34,580 nucleotides of DNA. Origin: Candidatus Bruticola sp. Lineage in GTDB: Bacteria; Vulcanimicrobiota; Xenobia; Xenobiales; Xenobiaceae. A model generated the notes under the pieces. That model saw only the letters and a program-made list of their open reading frames with translations, was not told where the DNA came from and ran no database searches. The stretch spans positions 1 through 34,580 of the forward strand of contig JBJEGD010000031.1 of the NCBI GenBank assembly GCA_051874735.1, written 5' to 3'. A program made the position numbers and the translations under genes. The stretch's first letter is position 1, and every line of letters starts with the position of its first letter. Shown here piece by piece: positions 8,248 through 17,031 of the stretch.

Positions 8248-9717
8248 TTATATTGTAGGATCAGCAATAACGGTATAGCTGTAAGTCTCAGTAGAAGCCA
8301 GATCTTTGCCTCCACTATTTTGCAGCTTGAAGGATATGGAGCCAGTTTCATTTACCGCAGCAGTACCGTAAGAAAGCTGATAGCTTTTAGAAAGTTCATT
8401 AGGGGTAACGAGCGTAGAAGTGTTAGTATTGACAGGTATAATGACGGCCGTATTAGTCTTGTCAAAAATTTGTATATGTTCAGTTTCAGAGCCGTCTACA
8501 ATGTAGTAAGCCATAACTCGGAAATTGAACTTATAATTGTCGCTCTGGGGTAGTTTATGCAGGTTAGTGTAATCTACAGCCCCTATTACTACAGGATCGT
8601 ACTCGTAGCAGATACTGTCTTGAGCATCTTTTATGTTGATGGTAATCTCGTCACCTACTTTTTGATTGTTTTCATCGTAGGTATACACTTTTAAGGGAAC
8701 ATTCTCTGTAGTATTCCTAGCCGTATAAATGACTCTATCTTTACCTAATTGGAAGTTGATATCAACGGTGTTGGGGGTCTCCCAGGTAGCTTCGTGGTCG
8801 CGCAGCTGCACTTGGAAATCGTTGCTCTTAGTTGTGGGAGAAGTATAAACTCCAACAGCCACAATCTCACCTGAGCCTACGTTGTAAGACTGACTATTTA
8901 AGACAACGGGGGTAAGGCCAAGATCTACGTTAGGGTTAAGCATAGTAAGCTCATCGGTATCTCCGTTTACGCTGTCTTTAATGATAACTTTAGTTAACAC
9001 TGCGTCGGAAACGTATACGTAATCGTGATGATCTTCAGTACGAGTAGTCGTAAAGTAAGCTAAATTGCTTGAAGTAATTTCAAACTCTTGCTTGCCGTAA
9101 CTTTTGCCTTGATAGTAATTGTTGAGCAGACTATCTTGAGCCTGCATAACCATGTTGCCTAAGGGCTTGATCTCCGCTAAGGGGGTAAGATCTAAATCAG
9201 CATAAGTTGAGTCGGGAAGTAAATAAGAGGCTGTCAGATTTACGTAAGTAAATTCGCCTTTGTCAATATGAGTGTAGGTAGGATTGAAGCGGTAGTACTC
9301 TAAGTCTGTATCGGCAATAGAAGGATCGGCGGTAACGGTCGTTTTTAGGCTGCCAGTAGTATTCCAATCGATATCGTTTATACTGAAACTCTTGGCAGTA
9401 GTACCTAAGAAGTAGTAGCCGATAACCTTTACGGCTTCTTGAGGAACTTTGTCTACAGCTAAAGATTCTTCTACAGCCAGTTCATCGGTTACCAGAATGG
9501 GAAGGCCGCTCTTATTGAGGAAGGAGTATTTAACGGTGCCGAACCTAGAAGCAGTTTCAGACAAATTGAAGGTGACTGTCCCGTATTTTGCATAATCTAG
9601 AGGTGCGTAAGAGGTATCGCCTCCGTCGCTGCATCCGGCGGCAAAAGCAGAAAAAGCGAAGCATAGACCGGCACAGGCTACTGTGCCTAATTTTTTAGAA
9701 AAGTTACTTGTAACCAT
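8248..9717 (-). CDS. Lipoprotein of unknown function, beta-rich and possibly Ig-like
   Basis: Signal peptide with lipobox 'FAAGC' followed by SDGGD; T/Y/V/D-rich, beta-strand-like sequence; AAGGA RBS. Confidence 0.7.
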   Translation of the reverse strand: MVTSNFSKKLGTVACAGLCFAFSAFAAGCSDGGDTSYAPLDYAKYGTVTFNLSETASRFGTVKYSFLNKSGLPILVTDELAVEESLAVDKVPQEAVKVIGYYFLGTTAKSFSINDIDWNTTGSLKTTVTADPSIADTDLEYYRFNPTYTHIDKGEFTYVNLTASYLLPDSTYADLDLTPLAEIKPLGNMVMQAQDSLLNNYYQGKSYGKQEFEITSSNLAYFTTTRTEDHHDYVYVSDAVLTKVIIKDSVNGDTDELTMLNPNVDLGLTPVVLNSQSYNVGSGEIVAVGVYTSPTTKSNDFQVQLRDHEATWETPNTVDINFQLGKDRVIYTARNTTENVPLKVYTYDENNQKVGDEITINIKDAQDSICYEYDPVVIGAVDYTNLHKLPQSDNYKFNFRVMAYYIVDGSETEHIQIFDKTNTAVIIPVNTNTSTLVTPNELSKSYQLSYGTAAVNETGSISFKLQNSGGKDLASTETYSYTVIADPTI

Positions 9718-9788
9718 TAGTTAGTTAATATGTCCTTCCGTTAATTTGCTAATCTATGAATAAAATTACAGAAAAAATCCCCCGGGAT

Positions 9789-9815
9789 TTTCCCCTATTA
9801 TACCTAACTTCCTTC
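9789..9815 (-). promoter_or_regulatory. Sigma-H-like promoter GAAGGA-N17-GAAA
   Basis: Motif recurs upstream of several genes in the window; about 70 nt upstream of the lipoprotein start. Confidence 0.45.
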
Positions 9816-9906
9816 TATAATGGGGCGTTCAGGCTGTTAGTGCGCTTTGTAAAGTCCGTTTTAAACAGTTTTATCGCACAACGATGGACTGATAATAAGT
9901 TTATTC

Positions 9907-12435
9907 TTAGACATTTGTATTGTGGGGCTTTGATTGACCTTTTTTGTTAGACACAGTCAAACTTAAAAGTAATAGTAACATTTTTTTGTGTTTGGCCGAC
10001 AATTTCTCCCACGCTTGTCGCAAGTTTAGATGAGGCGTGTAACTCTTATTAACAGTAGACTCTGCTTGTTTGTACATGTTATTTTCGTAATCCTTGGTCA
10101 TAGATTGTAGCAGAGGCTGTAAGCGTTGATTAGTCACAGTTTGCAGGAATTCATGTGGAGTTTGTGATGGGGATTTGCAAAAATGTAGATCTGCTAAAAT
10201 CATCACCATAGCGGAATACATTTGCTCTGTTTCAGATAAATTATCTGTCTGTAGAATTTTAGAGAAATCTTTTCTTAATCTGAACAGTTTAATAATAATA
10301 TAGAAGCGTTTTTTTATGCTCAGCCCCTTGTTTAAGGAGGTGCCTATAATTAAATGCACCAAATCTGCATTTTTAACTAGCCGATAGCCAGCTAGCAGAG
10401 CTAATGAAAGTAAGATGAAAGCTTTCAAGAAATAGACATAATTTTTATATGAACCTTCAGAATAAGATTTCGCTAAAAACTTTAGCAAATTATTTGCGAT
10501 ATTGGAATATCCGAAACTGGCTCCCTGTTGTTTTTGGTTGTTTACTACATAATTGGGTGAAACAGCGTCAATAGGTAGCCATAGAGATTCCTCACTGAAG
10601 AGAAAAACTTCGGTCCAGGCATGAGTATTATTGCTTCGCACTACATAATCTCCTGAAAACAGATCGGAGTCTTCAGTGGCATAGCCTCCTATATAGCGAG
10701 ACATCAGTCCGATACTACGGCACATTACTGCTAAAGCACTGGCAAAGTTGCGGCATGTCCCTTCCTTATTTTCAAAAAGAAAATAATCATTAGGTTCCAT
10801 GTCGTCCGGGCATGGTGTAGGTGAAAGATTGTAAGCGCAATTCGATCGCAAAAAATGGCAAAGAGCCATTACTTTTAAGAAAGGAGTTCGGTACGGAGCG
10901 GTAAGGCGCACAGCTAAAAAGCGAGTACGCTCTGTAATATTGTCAGGTAATTGTAAGTATTTTTTGACCGCTTTTTTATTAAGATTGGGATCGAGCTTGG
11001 TAATTTCTATACCGCTGCGATCTGCCTCTCCGTGGTAATTCTTGGCCATTTCCCAAGACTTTATTTCGTAAGTTGAAGGTTGATCGTTCAAAAACTGTTC
11101 ATATTCTTTAAAACTGTATCCCAGATCTTCAGGAGAGTTGGGGGCAAAAGAGTAAGTTGTGTAAATAGTTCCTTTTTCTTGAATATTGTGTGAGCGCAGG
11201 CCGTTATCAGAGTCTATGTAGATTGTGTTAGTGGGATAATCTATGGTCTGTGTGAAATACGGGGAGAATATTACATTGTCAAAATTGGTTTCTAAGGAAA
11301 AAATATGGGTAACATATTCACTTTGTGGGCGTTTTCTTAAATATGTGGGATTCATACATCTATCTTTGTAGAAGCGGCGGCTGAACATTCGGGGAATAGG
11401 GCGCATATAACTGGTACTTTCTATTTCCGTAGGCAAGACAAAATCATCTGTTTTCCAGCTTGAGCCATCGTACAATGTATAAACTAAACCGCGACAGTAA
11501 ATAACTCCTTGGCTGTTAGTGCGTATATGCATAAGTACTTTGGGATTGTTTGTTTCTTTCAGGTCGTTATCTTCTCTTAAATTATCATAACTTTCAAATG
11601 CAATTAAATCGTTGTTTTTATTATTACCTTGCCGATTTTTGCTTACAGGTCCATCTGCTCCAATAAGTTCCCCGTATTTGCTTTTTATACCAGCAAAATT
11701 TAAACTTGAGCTTAAATCAAAAGTTGTCTGCATTCTAAAATCGGCTAAACCGGGGTATCGCGGCATAAATAAGAATACCAGTAGTACGGTCAAAATAAAG
11801 ATGGAGACAAACGTACACAATTCACTTATATGTAGTCTTCTATGTTTGCTATCGGCTATTAACAAGATATTATCTGCTTGATAAGACAAGTTGTGGAAAT
11901 AGATAGCATTAATAAATAGGGTGAAATACAGTAGCAAATGTAGGGAAAAATTTGTTTTATTAAAAACGGTAGCTGAGAAGCTAATAAGTAAGAGGCTGAC
12001 TATCAGAGAGTAATTTAAGTCTCGGCGTTTGGGCAAATCAAAAGAGTGGCCGACTACCAACCCTGCTAATAGATTCACGAAAATTTGACCGATATTGTAC
12101 GGAGAGGCTATTAAATTTTGGAAGAAAGTTTTTAGCAGCAGCATCATGTATACGCTGACTAAAGCTTTAATTAGGCAAGCGTTTTTATATCTGAAATAGT
12201 ATGAATATATATGTCCGATTACTAAAAACAGAGGATACAAGTACCAATAATCAGGAAATTCCAGAGCGGAGAAAGTGCTGAATAAGGCGACCAGCTCGCA
12301 CATCATTACACTAAATCGGAGTCTCAGTGAACTTTCCGGGTTGACATGGAGACAGGATAAAAATAGAAGTAGTTTGTCTATTCTGCTGAATCGACTCGGT
12401 TGTTCATGCTTGTTGGTTGATTCACCGCTGCTCAT
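9907..12435 (-). CDS. TgpA-like membrane transglutaminase-family protein (DUF3488 + transglutaminase core + DUF4129-like tail)
   Basis: Multi-TM N-terminus; 'YCRGLVYTLYDGSSW'; triad GTCRNFASA / HAWTEV / IDA; late TM helix and 'SQTPHEF'. Confidence 0.85.
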   Translation of the reverse strand: MSSGESTNKHEQPSRFSRIDKLLLFLSCLHVNPESSLRLRFSVMMCELVALFSTFSALEFPDYWYLYPLFLVIGHIYSYYFRYKNACLIKALVSVYMMLLLKTFFQNLIASPYNIGQIFVNLLAGLVVGHSFDLPKRRDLNYSLIVSLLLISFSATVFNKTNFSLHLLLYFTLFINAIYFHNLSYQADNILLIADSKHRRLHISELCTFVSIFILTVLLVFLFMPRYPGLADFRMQTTFDLSSSLNFAGIKSKYGELIGADGPVSKNRQGNNKNNDLIAFESYDNLREDNDLKETNNPKVLMHIRTNSQGVIYCRGLVYTLYDGSSWKTDDFVLPTEIESTSYMRPIPRMFSRRFYKDRCMNPTYLRKRPQSEYVTHIFSLETNFDNVIFSPYFTQTIDYPTNTIYIDSDNGLRSHNIQEKGTIYTTYSFAPNSPEDLGYSFKEYEQFLNDQPSTYEIKSWEMAKNYHGEADRSGIEITKLDPNLNKKAVKKYLQLPDNITERTRFLAVRLTAPYRTPFLKVMALCHFLRSNCAYNLSPTPCPDDMEPNDYFLFENKEGTCRNFASALAVMCRSIGLMSRYIGGYATEDSDLFSGDYVVRSNNTHAWTEVFLFSEESLWLPIDAVSPNYVVNNQKQQGASFGYSNIANNLLKFLAKSYSEGSYKNYVYFLKAFILLSLALLAGYRLVKNADLVHLIIGTSLNKGLSIKKRFYIIIKLFRLRKDFSKILQTDNLSETEQMYSAMVMILADLHFCKSPSQTPHEFLQTVTNQRLQPLLQSMTKDYENNMYKQAESTVNKSYTPHLNLRQAWEKLSAKHKKMLLLLLSLTVSNKKGQSKPHNTNV

Positions 12436-12464
12436 ATCTGCTCCTAAATTTGTATGCTGCAGAT

Positions 12465-13958
12465 TTAATCTGATAAAGATAAAGAGATTTTAACAGTATC
12501 TTCAGAGACATTCAGACAATTTTTGCCTTGTTTATTGGCAGTATCTATGCCTTCTTCAAGTTCTTTGGAATTATTGTTTAATATCTGAACTTCAGCAAAA
12601 AAACGTTCCAAAGCATAGTTTCCATCCTGGCAGCTGAACAATCTGTAAAAAATTTCGTCAGAGTTTTGATAGTTTTTAGAAGATTGGATATCTCTGCATA
12701 TATGTATCAAGCCGTCTTTCCTATGGTGGTATAAATCCAGATTACTTGAAGAGGGAATACCGCGGTAAGAGACTATTAAGGGGCGCTTCTGGCGTCGGCA
12801 TAAATACAGCACAGAAGCGGCAGCTGATAAAATCATTTCAAATTTGGTTTCAATGGGCTGTAGTTGCAGTGGTGTTTTAGGATCTATTAGGCAGTCTATT
12901 TCCAAATAAACTGGGCGTTTATCATAATGCTGCGTTTCCTGAAATTCTTTAATAATTAATTCATCGAAACGAGCACTGGACGCCCAATGTATAAGTCGAA
13001 AATCTTCGCCATCTTGATATATATGTAGGCCACGAAAATTATCAGAGTCGCTTTTTTGGTTACTATACTGCTCGTTAACATTACTTCGAGTAAGCTTATC
13101 CTTTAATAAATTTGTATTAGGATTGACTTCAGGTTTTATATATATTTGGGGAGTGTAGTTGTCGTTTTGTTTGAGTTGTACTGACCAAAAACCTAAGTAG
13201 CTAATTATGCTTAAGGAACAGGGTATTAGGGGTGTATGTCCTCTATGAACAGCTTGAAAATTGTAGGTAATATTAGCTGACTGATGAGCCCCGACAGCTT
13301 TAATTAAACATAATTTATTAACTATTCGCTCACTGTTAATGTTTGCAGCTAGAGCTTTTAGTCCTGAGTTTATCTCACTTATACTTTTTCTTCGTTTGTG
13401 AAATAATCTGACCAAATTTACAGAAGTTGAGGAAGGGATTATCTCTTCCTGAGAGGGCTGAAAGCGACCTAAAATACTGCAGTTAGTTTCATAGTTATCG
13501 AAATCAAATAATACTTGCAAATTTAATATATCTGCGTTGGAATTATTAGTAATTTTAAGATTGACAGTCCCTGCTTTGTTTAATGAAACTATTAAGTTGC
13601 CTTTTTCATCGATAAAAAAATCGCTGTTAATTTTGTAGTTAGGATTCACCTGATTAACTTTGTACGGCACAGCTGTAATAGTAAGGGGAGCTTTATGTCT
13701 TATAAACTTAAATGATGTTACAACGTAGTCAGCCGTCAAAATTGCCAAAATTATTGAAGTTATAATAAAAAGCCAACCGGATTGAGTATTTGTGGCTATA
13801 CCATAAATTATTAAAACCAGAAAAAACAGAGGCAATCCCATACCGTGAAATTGAGGTATAGTTTTTAAGCTCATATTGACAGACAATTTATCGTTAGTTT
13901 GTTTTAACTCATCCATAAGCCATACATTACATAAGTAAAAAAAAGAGCGTACTCCCAA
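12465..13958 (-). CDS. DUF58-family protein; true start may be the ATG at 13916
   Basis: N-terminal TM pair including 'ATNTQSGWLF'; DUF58 core 'NFRGLHIYQDGEDFRLIHWASSARFDELIIKEF' and 'FEMILSAAAS'. Confidence 0.8.
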   Translation of the reverse strand: MGVRSFFYLCNVWLMDELKQTNDKLSVNMSLKTIPQFHGMGLPLFFLVLIIYGIATNTQSGWLFIITSIILAILTADYVVTSFKFIRHKAPLTITAVPYKVNQVNPNYKINSDFFIDEKGNLIVSLNKAGTVNLKITNNSNADILNLQVLFDFDNYETNCSILGRFQPSQEEIIPSSTSVNLVRLFHKRRKSISEINSGLKALAANINSERIVNKLCLIKAVGAHQSANITYNFQAVHRGHTPLIPCSLSIISYLGFWSVQLKQNDNYTPQIYIKPEVNPNTNLLKDKLTRSNVNEQYSNQKSDSDNFRGLHIYQDGEDFRLIHWASSARFDELIIKEFQETQHYDKRPVYLEIDCLIDPKTPLQLQPIETKFEMILSAAASVLYLCRRQKRPLIVSYRGIPSSSNLDLYHHRKDGLIHICRDIQSSKNYQNSDEIFYRLFSCQDGNYALERFFAEVQILNNNSKELEEGIDTANKQGKNCLNVSEDTVKISLSLSD

Positions 13959-14003
13959 AGGGGGAACATACGCTCACCTTGTAAGACAACCTTCTAAAGG
14001 TCG

Positions 14004-15326
14004 TTAATTGTCTTGTTCGTAGTTGCCTACGGAGTAGAGCAGCTTATTGGAAGTATCTACAGCTTCTTGAATAGCTGTTTCGGTATCACACTTGCGCCCC
14101 AGAGCCTTGAACATGGCGTCGTCCAAAATGCTGCGAATAGATTCCCAAACGGGAACACGTGGCTGAACAGTAGCCTTTTCTAAGGATTTAAGGCCGACAG
14201 CGTATTCAGGATGCTGCTTAACGTGATTCTGGTAAGTAGCTGATTTAATAGCTGATTTGCGCACGGGCAGATAACCTGTCTGAATAGACCAATCGGTAGT
14301 GACTTCTTGGCTGCACATGTAGGAGACAAACTTATAAGCTGCATTTTGCTTTTCGACGTCATTAGCGCCTCTGAAAATAGCTAAGTTTGTACCTGCGAAT
14401 TGGCTGGCCTGAGTGCTGCCTTTAGGAATAGGCATAACGCCGAAATCTAAACCCTGTTCTTTAGCCTTTTCGAAACCGCCAATACGGGAAGTCGTTTCGA
14501 TATACATACCGGCTCTGCCGTCTTGGAACAATTTAACTGCGTCGAAAGTAGGCTTAGCCGAATGATCTTTGTGAACCAGATTGACCCAGTAATTAAGATC
14601 GTTCACGCCTAATCTGCCGCCAAAACCAGCTCCTTTGTCGTCTTTGCTGATAAAAGTTCCGCCGTAAGAGTAGAGGTAATGGCCAAAGATATCTACACTG
14701 GGCTGGAAGGCCAGGCCAGGGATGCCTTTGCGATCTGAAATAACTCTAGCTGCTTGGCTGAGTTCTTGCCAAGTTGTGGGCGGCTTGAGGCCAAGCTCCC
14801 TAAATATGGTTTTGTTATAGTATAGAACGTAGATAGACTTATTGAAAGGAAGAGTATAAAGAAGCTTCTCGCCACTGGGAGAAGTGAAAGTATTGGCACT
14901 CAGGAAAACGGGCACAATATCTTTCATAGCTGCTTTGTCGTTGGCGCTCATTAAGCTCTCCACTGGAACCAGAGCATCGATGCCTACGTACTGGGTGGTC
15001 CAGTTTTCATAAACCTGAGCTACGTCGGGTGGAGTGTTTTTTGCGATATTTTCCAAAATTTTGGAATATAAAGCGTTGTAGTCGTTGCCGTACTCTTTGT
15101 TTTGAGATTGGATGCACACAGATTTGACAACGATATTTGGGTTAGCTTTATTGAACTTGTTAACCAGCTGGTCGAGAACTTTACCGCGGGACCTGCTCAT
15201 GGCGTGCCAGAAGGTAATTTCTACCGGTGCGTCAGCACGGCTAACTGTGGCTCCGCAGATAATAACAAAAGCAAAGACAGCTAAAACTATCGATGCAATA
15301 TACGCAAGGCGCGTTCTAGGCACCAT
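14004..15326 (-). CDS. ABC transporter substrate-binding protein, family 1 (UgpB/sugar-binding type)
   Basis: Signal anchor, 'ITFWHAM', 'PPDVAQ', 'LPFNKS..LYYNK', 'PPTTWQEL', 'TGYLPVRKSA'; AAGGAG RBS. Confidence 0.9.
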   Translation of the reverse strand: MVPRTRLAYIASIVLAVFAFVIICGATVSRADAPVEITFWHAMSRSRGKVLDQLVNKFNKANPNIVVKSVCIQSQNKEYGNDYNALYSKILENIAKNTPPDVAQVYENWTTQYVGIDALVPVESLMSANDKAAMKDIVPVFLSANTFTSPSGEKLLYTLPFNKSIYVLYYNKTIFRELGLKPPTTWQELSQAARVISDRKGIPGLAFQPSVDIFGHYLYSYGGTFISKDDKGAGFGGRLGVNDLNYWVNLVHKDHSAKPTFDAVKLFQDGRAGMYIETTSRIGGFEKAKEQGLDFGVMPIPKGSTQASQFAGTNLAIFRGANDVEKQNAAYKFVSYMCSQEVTTDWSIQTGYLPVRKSAIKSATYQNHVKQHPEYAVGLKSLEKATVQPRVPVWESIRSILDDAMFKALGRKCDTETAIQEAVDTSNKLLYSVGNYEQDN

Positions 15327-15441
15327 ATTTACGCAACTCCTTTGTTTGTAGGGAAAATATTCTTCTGAAGTCGGTCATTTCATCAATCGCACTCAGTCCA
15401 GATACGATAGCTCCAATAACTTTTTGAAGCTGGGCAGATTT

Positions 15442-16584
15442 TTAAATGTCGATTGACAGCGGAGCCTGGTTCAGGGAATGAAGCACCAAACTGACAGGTT
15501 TGGAATCGGCGGGCACTTCAAAAACTAAGTAGCCGAAGTTGATCCCGTACGGACGTAAAATTACTAGCCAAAAGTTGCTTAATCCTTCTATATATTCGTA
15601 GGAATTAGACTTTTGATCCATGAGGGAGAAGCGGCCAGTGTAAATTTGAACCTGCTGAGAAATATTTTGCTGAGAGAGATAAGCAATAACGTACTTGCAT
15701 CCCTCTTTCGGACGATAAAAATCCTTAAGTACAGAAATAGTTTCTAAGTTGGTTACTGTAACTTGAAAAACGTCATTTTTAGCGCTTTTGGGCACATAAA
15801 CACGTCCGTTTTGAGGACGCTGAGCGTTAGTAGACAGACTAGCGCTGCCACCTTTGAGAGTATTTACTCCCTGAATGGGGCCAGGTTGTAAATTGGAAGA
15901 AAGGTAGGGAGAGGCGTCGGCAGGACGCAGAGATACATTAGTGTTTATTTGATTAGGAGCGTAACTGGCCGGAGTTCCTACCTGGTTAAAACCTGGTGAG
16001 CGGCTAAGCGAAGAATTGTTTATTTGTATGTTGGTAGCTTGAGGCGCAGAGGCCGTCTTAGCTACAGGTTTGGTCGGCTGAGTATAAACAGAACCAGATG
16101 ATGAACTGGCAGTATTGTTGACAACAGCTCGGTTTGGCTGTACGTAGGTGTTGGCAGCAGCTGCAGAAGAGGCAGACGGCTGAGTTTTAAAAGCATTGCC
16201 GGTGGAAATTAAAATGCGGTTGTCGCGTCCGTCAAAGTTTACGGTTCCTCCCATAGAACTTACGAAAGTTTCTACTGGCAGGTAAATACGTCCGCCGTTA
16301 TTGTAAATGGGAGATGAAGCTATTTGGCCGTTTACTTTAACGGTATTTAGTTTAGAATCCCAAATAATTTCAGCCTTGAGAGCTTGGGCCATAACTTGTA
16401 TAGGCAGATAAGTTACGCCGTCGCGCACTACAGGAGCGGCGTCCACGCGCATGCCGTTTACAAAAACCTTCGCTGGAGAAGCGGCCATAATCGTGTGTGG
16501 AACCGCTAAAAGGACTGCCAGCACGGCCAAAAATAGAAATATTGGCAAGCGGGCTTGCTTCTTCCCGACAGAGGGCGTCAGCAT
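15442..16584 (-). CDS. Exported protein with copper-amine-oxidase N-terminal-like (stalk) domains, an S/T/N/P linker and a DUF4352-like C-terminal domain
   Basis: Signal peptide; 'DGVTYLPI...LKAEIIWD' and 'GRIYLPV...MGGTVNFD' stalk repeats; C-terminal 'FSLMD...Y...GYLVFEVP'; AAGGAGG RBS. Confidence 0.7.
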   Translation of the reverse strand: MLTPSVGKKQARLPIFLFLAVLAVLLAVPHTIMAASPAKVFVNGMRVDAAPVVRDGVTYLPIQVMAQALKAEIIWDSKLNTVKVNGQIASSPIYNNGGRIYLPVETFVSSMGGTVNFDGRDNRILISTGNAFKTQPSASSAAAANTYVQPNRAVVNNTASSSSGSVYTQPTKPVAKTASAPQATNIQINNSSLSRSPGFNQVGTPASYAPNQINTNVSLRPADASPYLSSNLQPGPIQGVNTLKGGSASLSTNAQRPQNGRVYVPKSAKNDVFQVTVTNLETISVLKDFYRPKEGCKYVIAYLSQQNISQQVQIYTGRFSLMDQKSNSYEYIEGLSNFWLVILRPYGINFGYLVFEVPADSKPVSLVLHSLNQAPLSIDI

Positions 16585-16658
16585 TAGGAAAACCTCCTTA
16601 AAAATTCTTAGTATTTTGATTGCTCAATATGTTTTCTAGACTAATTAAAAATATACTT

Positions 16659-16750
16659 GCTTAACTTAGCTGAGGCTGCCGACTATTTTATCATTGTTGC
16701 CCTATGACCGCCCCAGTTTTAGTTCCGCACTGCGATTAGTCAATTTCAGC
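16659..16750 (-). ncRNA. Candidate degenerate c-di-AMP (ydaO-type) riboswitch
   Basis: Minus strand carries GCUGAA...GGAAC...UGGGG...UAGGGC...UCAGCUAA...UAAGC in the order of the ydaO consensus, but the internal helices pair poorly. Confidence 0.35.
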
Positions 16751-16940
16751 AGCCAAAACCTGCGGCCCTGCAATGCCGAGGGAAACGGTTGAATTTTAGC
16801 TTAAACAAGCACATCCACTTTATATTATATCGATAAAAAAGGTGCGCAATGCTGCTTTTGAACCGTAGCAGCGCCTTAATTTTAGTAATATATAGGGCCA
16901 TCTGAGCTAAGTTGTACACTATAAAGTGTATTCATTTAAC

Positions 16941-16967
16941 AAAGGATTTAAAGGCCTGGCGCAGAAC
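16941..16967 (+). promoter_or_regulatory. Sigma-H-like promoter AAAGGA-N17-GAAC
   Basis: Recurrent motif, about 65 nt upstream of the 17032 start. Confidence 0.45.
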
Positions 16968-17031
16968 ATTTAGGGCAATTTTTTTTCGCTGACGGCGACG
17001 AACAACGTGGTTTGAGGAGTTTTATTTTTTT

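Noticed and set aside
9907-13958. Genomic island or mobile element
   Set aside because: Only low GC supports it; no integrase, transposase, tRNA or terminal repeats.
16750-16800. c-di-GMP-I riboswitch
   Set aside because: The GC-rich patch lacks the GCAAA...GAAA...GACGCAAAG core on both strands.
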